Assembly (NCBI GenBank): GCA_039591655.1
Contig: JBDHDE010000023.1
Span: forward strand, 1-51,257
DNA from: Gemmatimonadota bacterium
GTDB taxonomy: Bacteria; Gemmatimonadota; Gemmatimonadetes; Gemmatimonadales; GWC2-71-9
Length of the DNA: 51,257 nucleotides
Direction of reading: 5' to 3'
The position numbers and the translations under genes are program-made. The notes under the pieces are model-generated. The model saw only the letters and a list, made by a program, of their open reading frames with translations, was not told where the DNA came from and did not search any database. Positions within the stretch are counted from its first letter, which is position 1. Each line of letters begins with the position of its first letter. Positions 48,225 through 51,257 of this stretch are shown in pieces.

Positions 48225-49738
48225 CACTTGGCCCCAGCCGTTGGGTGCGCATTTGGTGCCACGGCGGATGTCGGCGCAACAGCGAGCGCCGCCCGCGCGA
48301 TCCCGCGCAGCATCCCGTCGAAGACCAGGGCGTGCAGCGGGTAGAGCGCGTGCCAGTAGAGGAGTCCCAGCAGCCCGATGGGATCGAAGATGGCCGTCTG
48401 GTGGATGCGGGAACCGCTGCCATCGCCCACGACCTCGAACTGCAACCAGGCGCGGCCCGGGAGCTTCATCTCCGCGGAGAGCCTCAGGAGCCGGTCGGGC
48501 TCCACAGCCTCGACCCGCCAGAAGTCGACGGTGTCCCCTGGTTCCAGGGCATCCGGATCGCGCCGACCCCGGCGCGTTCCCACCCCGCCGACAAGCAGGT
48601 CGAGAAATCCCCGCAGGCGCCACAGCCAATCCCCGTAGTACCAGCCGACCTGGCCTCCGATGCTGCGGATGGGGGCGAAGGCCTGTCCCGGCGGGACCGC
48701 GACTCGGGCCGAGCGGGAGTCCACGATGCGGGAGCCGAACCGAGTACCGCCCCACTGGCGCTGTGGGCCGCCGGACGACAGCGCATCGGACCAGCGCGTT
48801 TGGGCGACGGCCCGGTCCTCGTTGCGCAGTGCTCGGGCCACGGCCTCCCGCACACCGCGGGGCCGAACCGGGAGCTCGCGCAGGGCGCGGCTGTCTGAGA
48901 CCACGGTGGGATTGCGCAGGCTGTCGACGAGCTTGCGGCCGATGCGCGCGAAGATCGGGGTCACAAGGCCGAGCCACAGACCGGAGAGCCACGGCGTGAG
49001 CAACGGCACCGGGATCATGAGGCGTCGCAGCCTGCGTTGGCGGGCGTACTCCCGCATCAGGCCCTCGTAGCTCACCTGATCGGTACCCCCGATCTCGTAG
49101 ATAGCGCTGTCCGCGCCCTCGAGGTCGAGGGCGGCGACTAGGTAGTCGATGACGTCCTCGACGGCGATGGGTTGGGCCGGGACGCGCACCCACCGCGGGG
49201 TGATCATTACGGGGAGCTTCTCCACGAGGGCGCGGATCATCTCGAAGGAGAGGCTGCCCGAGCCGACGATGATGGAGGCGCGAAACTCGATGAGCGGCAC
49301 GCCCGTGGAGCAGAGAATCCGTCCCACCTCCTGGCGGCTCGCCAAGTGGGGGGAGAGGTCGGAGCCTTCTCCCAGCCCCCCTAAGTAGACGATCCGTCGC
49401 ACGCCGGCCTCCCCAGCGGCTTGGGCGAAGTTCCCAGCCGCCCGCCGGTCTTCGACTTCGAAATCCCCCCTCGAGCCCATGGAGTGCACCAGGTAGTACG
49501 CCGTGCCGACGCCGTGCATGGCCTGTCGGAGGGTGGCGGTGTCGAGCACGTCGCCGCCCACCACTTCGGTGGTCGGAGCGGTCCTCGCCCGCAGGCTCTC
49601 CGGCCGCCGGGCCAGGCACCGTACCGTGACGCCGCGCTCCTCGAGGACCTTGAGCAGGCGGCCGCCGACGTACCCGGTAGCGCCAGTGAGGAGCACTGGT
49701 GCGGATCGCGAGCTCGCACGGTCGCCAAGTTGCGGCAT
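48224..49738 (-). CDS. Atypical SDR (NAD-binding) fused to DUF2867, YbjT-like
   Basis: TGATGYVG, YYLVHSM, HLASR, GSGSLSFEM, WLWRLRGFLD and EMKLPGRAWL motifs. Confidence 0.92.
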   Translation of the reverse strand: MPQLGDRASSRSAPVLLTGATGYVGGRLLKVLEERGVTVRCLARRPESLRARTAPTTEVVGGDVLDTATLRQAMHGVGTAYYLVHSMGSRGDFEVEDRRAAGNFAQAAGEAGVRRIVYLGGLGEGSDLSPHLASRQEVGRILCSTGVPLIEFRASIIVGSGSLSFEMIRALVEKLPVMITPRWVRVPAQPIAVEDVIDYLVAALDLEGADSAIYEIGGTDQVSYEGLMREYARQRRLRRLMIPVPLLTPWLSGLWLGLVTPIFARIGRKLVDSLRNPTVVSDSRALRELPVRPRGVREAVARALRNEDRAVAQTRWSDALSSGGPQRQWGGTRFGSRIVDSRSARVAVPPGQAFAPIRSIGGQVGWYYGDWLWRLRGFLDLLVGGVGTRRGRRDPDALEPGDTVDFWRVEAVEPDRLLRLSAEMKLPGRAWLQFEVVGDGSGSRIHQTAIFDPIGLLGLLYWHALYPLHALVFDGMLRGIARAALAVAPTSAVAPNAHPTAGAK

Positions 49739-49791
49739 CCTGCCTCCGGGGGCCAAAGCGGCCTAACATAATCTGCTACAAGGGCTTAACC

Positions 49792-49820
49792 TAATGTGGC
49801 CCCGAACGCCGGCCACATTA
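49792..49820. repeat. 10-bp perfect inverted repeat in the 5' leader
   Basis: TAATGTGGCC-N9-GGCCACATTA. Confidence 0.7.
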
Positions 49821-49824
49821 TGTC

Positions 49825-49854
49825 AATATAACGTCCTGGACAGAAAATGGACAA
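49825..49854 (-). promoter_or_regulatory. Sigma70-type promoter overlapped by CarH/LitR-like direct repeats
   Basis: Minus strand TTGTCC-N18-TATATT; TGGACA at 49837 and 49848 (11-bp period). Confidence 0.6.
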
Positions 49855-49922
49855 GAGGTGAGGCCATCGGTGGGTGAGCAGGGCTGGGGACATCAGGGAG
49901 AGACAGAGGCGGCGGGCAGAGC

Positions 49923-51206
49923 ATGGGTGCCTGCCCGCCGCCCTTGGGTGCCGGATCGCCAGAGTCCCGGCCGCCGATCCCCGTGGCGATCAAGGAGCAG
50001 ATGGTCGCGTATAGCAACCAGCTCGGGGGCGCCGAGGTGCGGGTGTACGGCTACGGTCCATCGTTCTACGGTGGGGGGGCGGGACCCCCCAACTACGCTA
50101 TCAAGGTGCTGGGCTTCAACTACGAGACGGTTCGTACCATCGCGGAGGAGCTCGGGCGCCGGCTGCAGCGCTTCTCCCGGATTCGCGACGTGGACGTGAA
50201 CTCCGCAGGCGGCTGGTACACACGGGACAAAGCCAGCGAGTTCGTGCTGGATCTCAACAGGGCACAGCTGGGCCTGTACGGCCTCAGCGCCCGGGACGTG
50301 GTGTACCAGGTAGCCGCCGGGGTCGCCGGCCAGGTGCGGCCTGGCAACATCCGGATCGGTGGGGAGGAGGTGCGGTTCGACGTCAAGCTGGAGGGGAACG
50401 AGGAGACGGACGTGCTCGCGCTCAATGAGCTCCTCATCCAGACATCCTCCGGGCAGGCGGTGCGGCTCGCCGACATCGCTACGGTGCGGGAGCGGGATGT
50501 GCTCACCCGGATCGTGCGGGAGGACCAACAGTACCAGCGCTTCGTGAGCTACGAGTTCCGGGGTCCCACCAAGCTCGGCGACAGGGTGCGTGACGCCGTG
50601 ATCGCGAACACCGACCTTCCCGAGGGCTACGAGATCGAGGGTGAGCAGGACTGGAGCTGGTCCTCGGAAGAGGAGCAGCAGATCTACACGGTGCTCGCCA
50701 TCGCGTTGGTCCTGATCTTCATGGTGACGGCGGCGCTGTTCGAGTCGCTGCGCCAGCCGTTCACTGTGCTGCTCGCCGTTCCCATGGCGCTGGTGGGTGT
50801 GTTCCTGATGTTCTTCTACACCAAGGCGAGCTTCACCCGCGAAGCCTACATCGGCGTCATCATGATGGGCGGCATCGTGGTGAACAACGCCATCCTGCTC
50901 GTGGATCACATCAACTACGTGCGACGCGTGGAGGGTGTGCCCTTCAAGGACGCCATTGTGAAAGGGACGGTGGAGCGGGTGCGGCCCATCCTCATGACCA
51001 GCACCACCACGATTTTCGGGCTCCTGCCCCTAGTCCTGTTCTCCGAGTACGCCGACGAGAACATCTGGAACGCCTTGGGCTACGCGCTGATCGGCGGGCT
51101 TGCTTCCTCGACGATCTTCGTGCTGACGGTGACGCCGGCGCTGTATCTCCTGTTCGAGCGCCGCGCCGAGAAGCGGCGGCTGGTGCTGGCTGTCGCGACG
51201 GGGTGA
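49923..51206 (+). pseudogene. 5'-truncated RND efflux permease (AcrB/CusA family C-terminal part)
   Basis: ALFESLRQP, GIVVNNAILLVD, RVRPILMTS and IGGL motifs; only ~427 aa and no upstream half in the window. Confidence 0.8.
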
Positions 51207-51257
51207 GCCGGCGGATCGCCTACGAGTAGCTCGAGGTCCCCTACGTCATCCGGGCGC

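Noticed and set aside
47487..49769. 760-aa ORF suggesting a large fusion or overlapping gene
   Set aside because: The first ~515 aa are an Arg/Pro-rich off-frame read of the YbjT-like gene; the real protein starts at 48224.
49893..50909. Long antisense ORFs here and throughout (e.g. 1883-2821, 3614-4552, 11833-12834)
   Set aside because: These are shadow frames expected from high-GC codon bias opposite well-supported genes.
1..51257. CRISPR arrays, tRNA/rRNA, transposases, integrases, phage or defence genes
   Set aside because: I found no spaced repeat arrays, RNA gene signatures or recognisable motifs by eye; covariance or HMM searches could still find small RNAs.

Overview
Gene-dense, high-GC bacterial DNA with about 48 CDSs. 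I saw no rRNA, tRNA, CRISPR array or transposase. The gene content (membrane Ser/Thr kinases, many exported hydrolases, lipoproteins, outer-membrane barrels) suggests a diderm such as Gemmatimonadota; this is inference only. Most of the window (15.5-51 kb) is ordinary accessory and housekeeping content: nadB, PBP1b, two lipid di-iron enzymes, serine hydrolases, M20 peptidases, ArsR-SRPBCC and an APC permease with an amidinotransferase-fold enzyme. The standout is a divergent biosynthetic-looking cluster at 4.5-12.6 kb, bracketed by two near-duplicate membrane kinases. Its left arm is MMPL transporter, CapA-like metallophosphatase and radical SAM/SPASM enzyme. Its right arm is a GNAT, an unannotated 21-aa ORF with a strong RBS, a GNAT-like protein and a GH3 acyl-adenylate ligase. 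Three upstream regions in the cluster share a CTTGAC-N5-CTTGAC (11-bp period) box. Other signals: a CarH/LitR-like operator over the promoter of a YbjT-like/OMP/YbgA-like operon, an inverted pair of REP-like hairpins, an ArsR operator over its own start codon, a 5'-truncated RND permease and a serine hydrolase with an apparent internal deletion. All family calls come from motif recognition by eye; no database searches were run.
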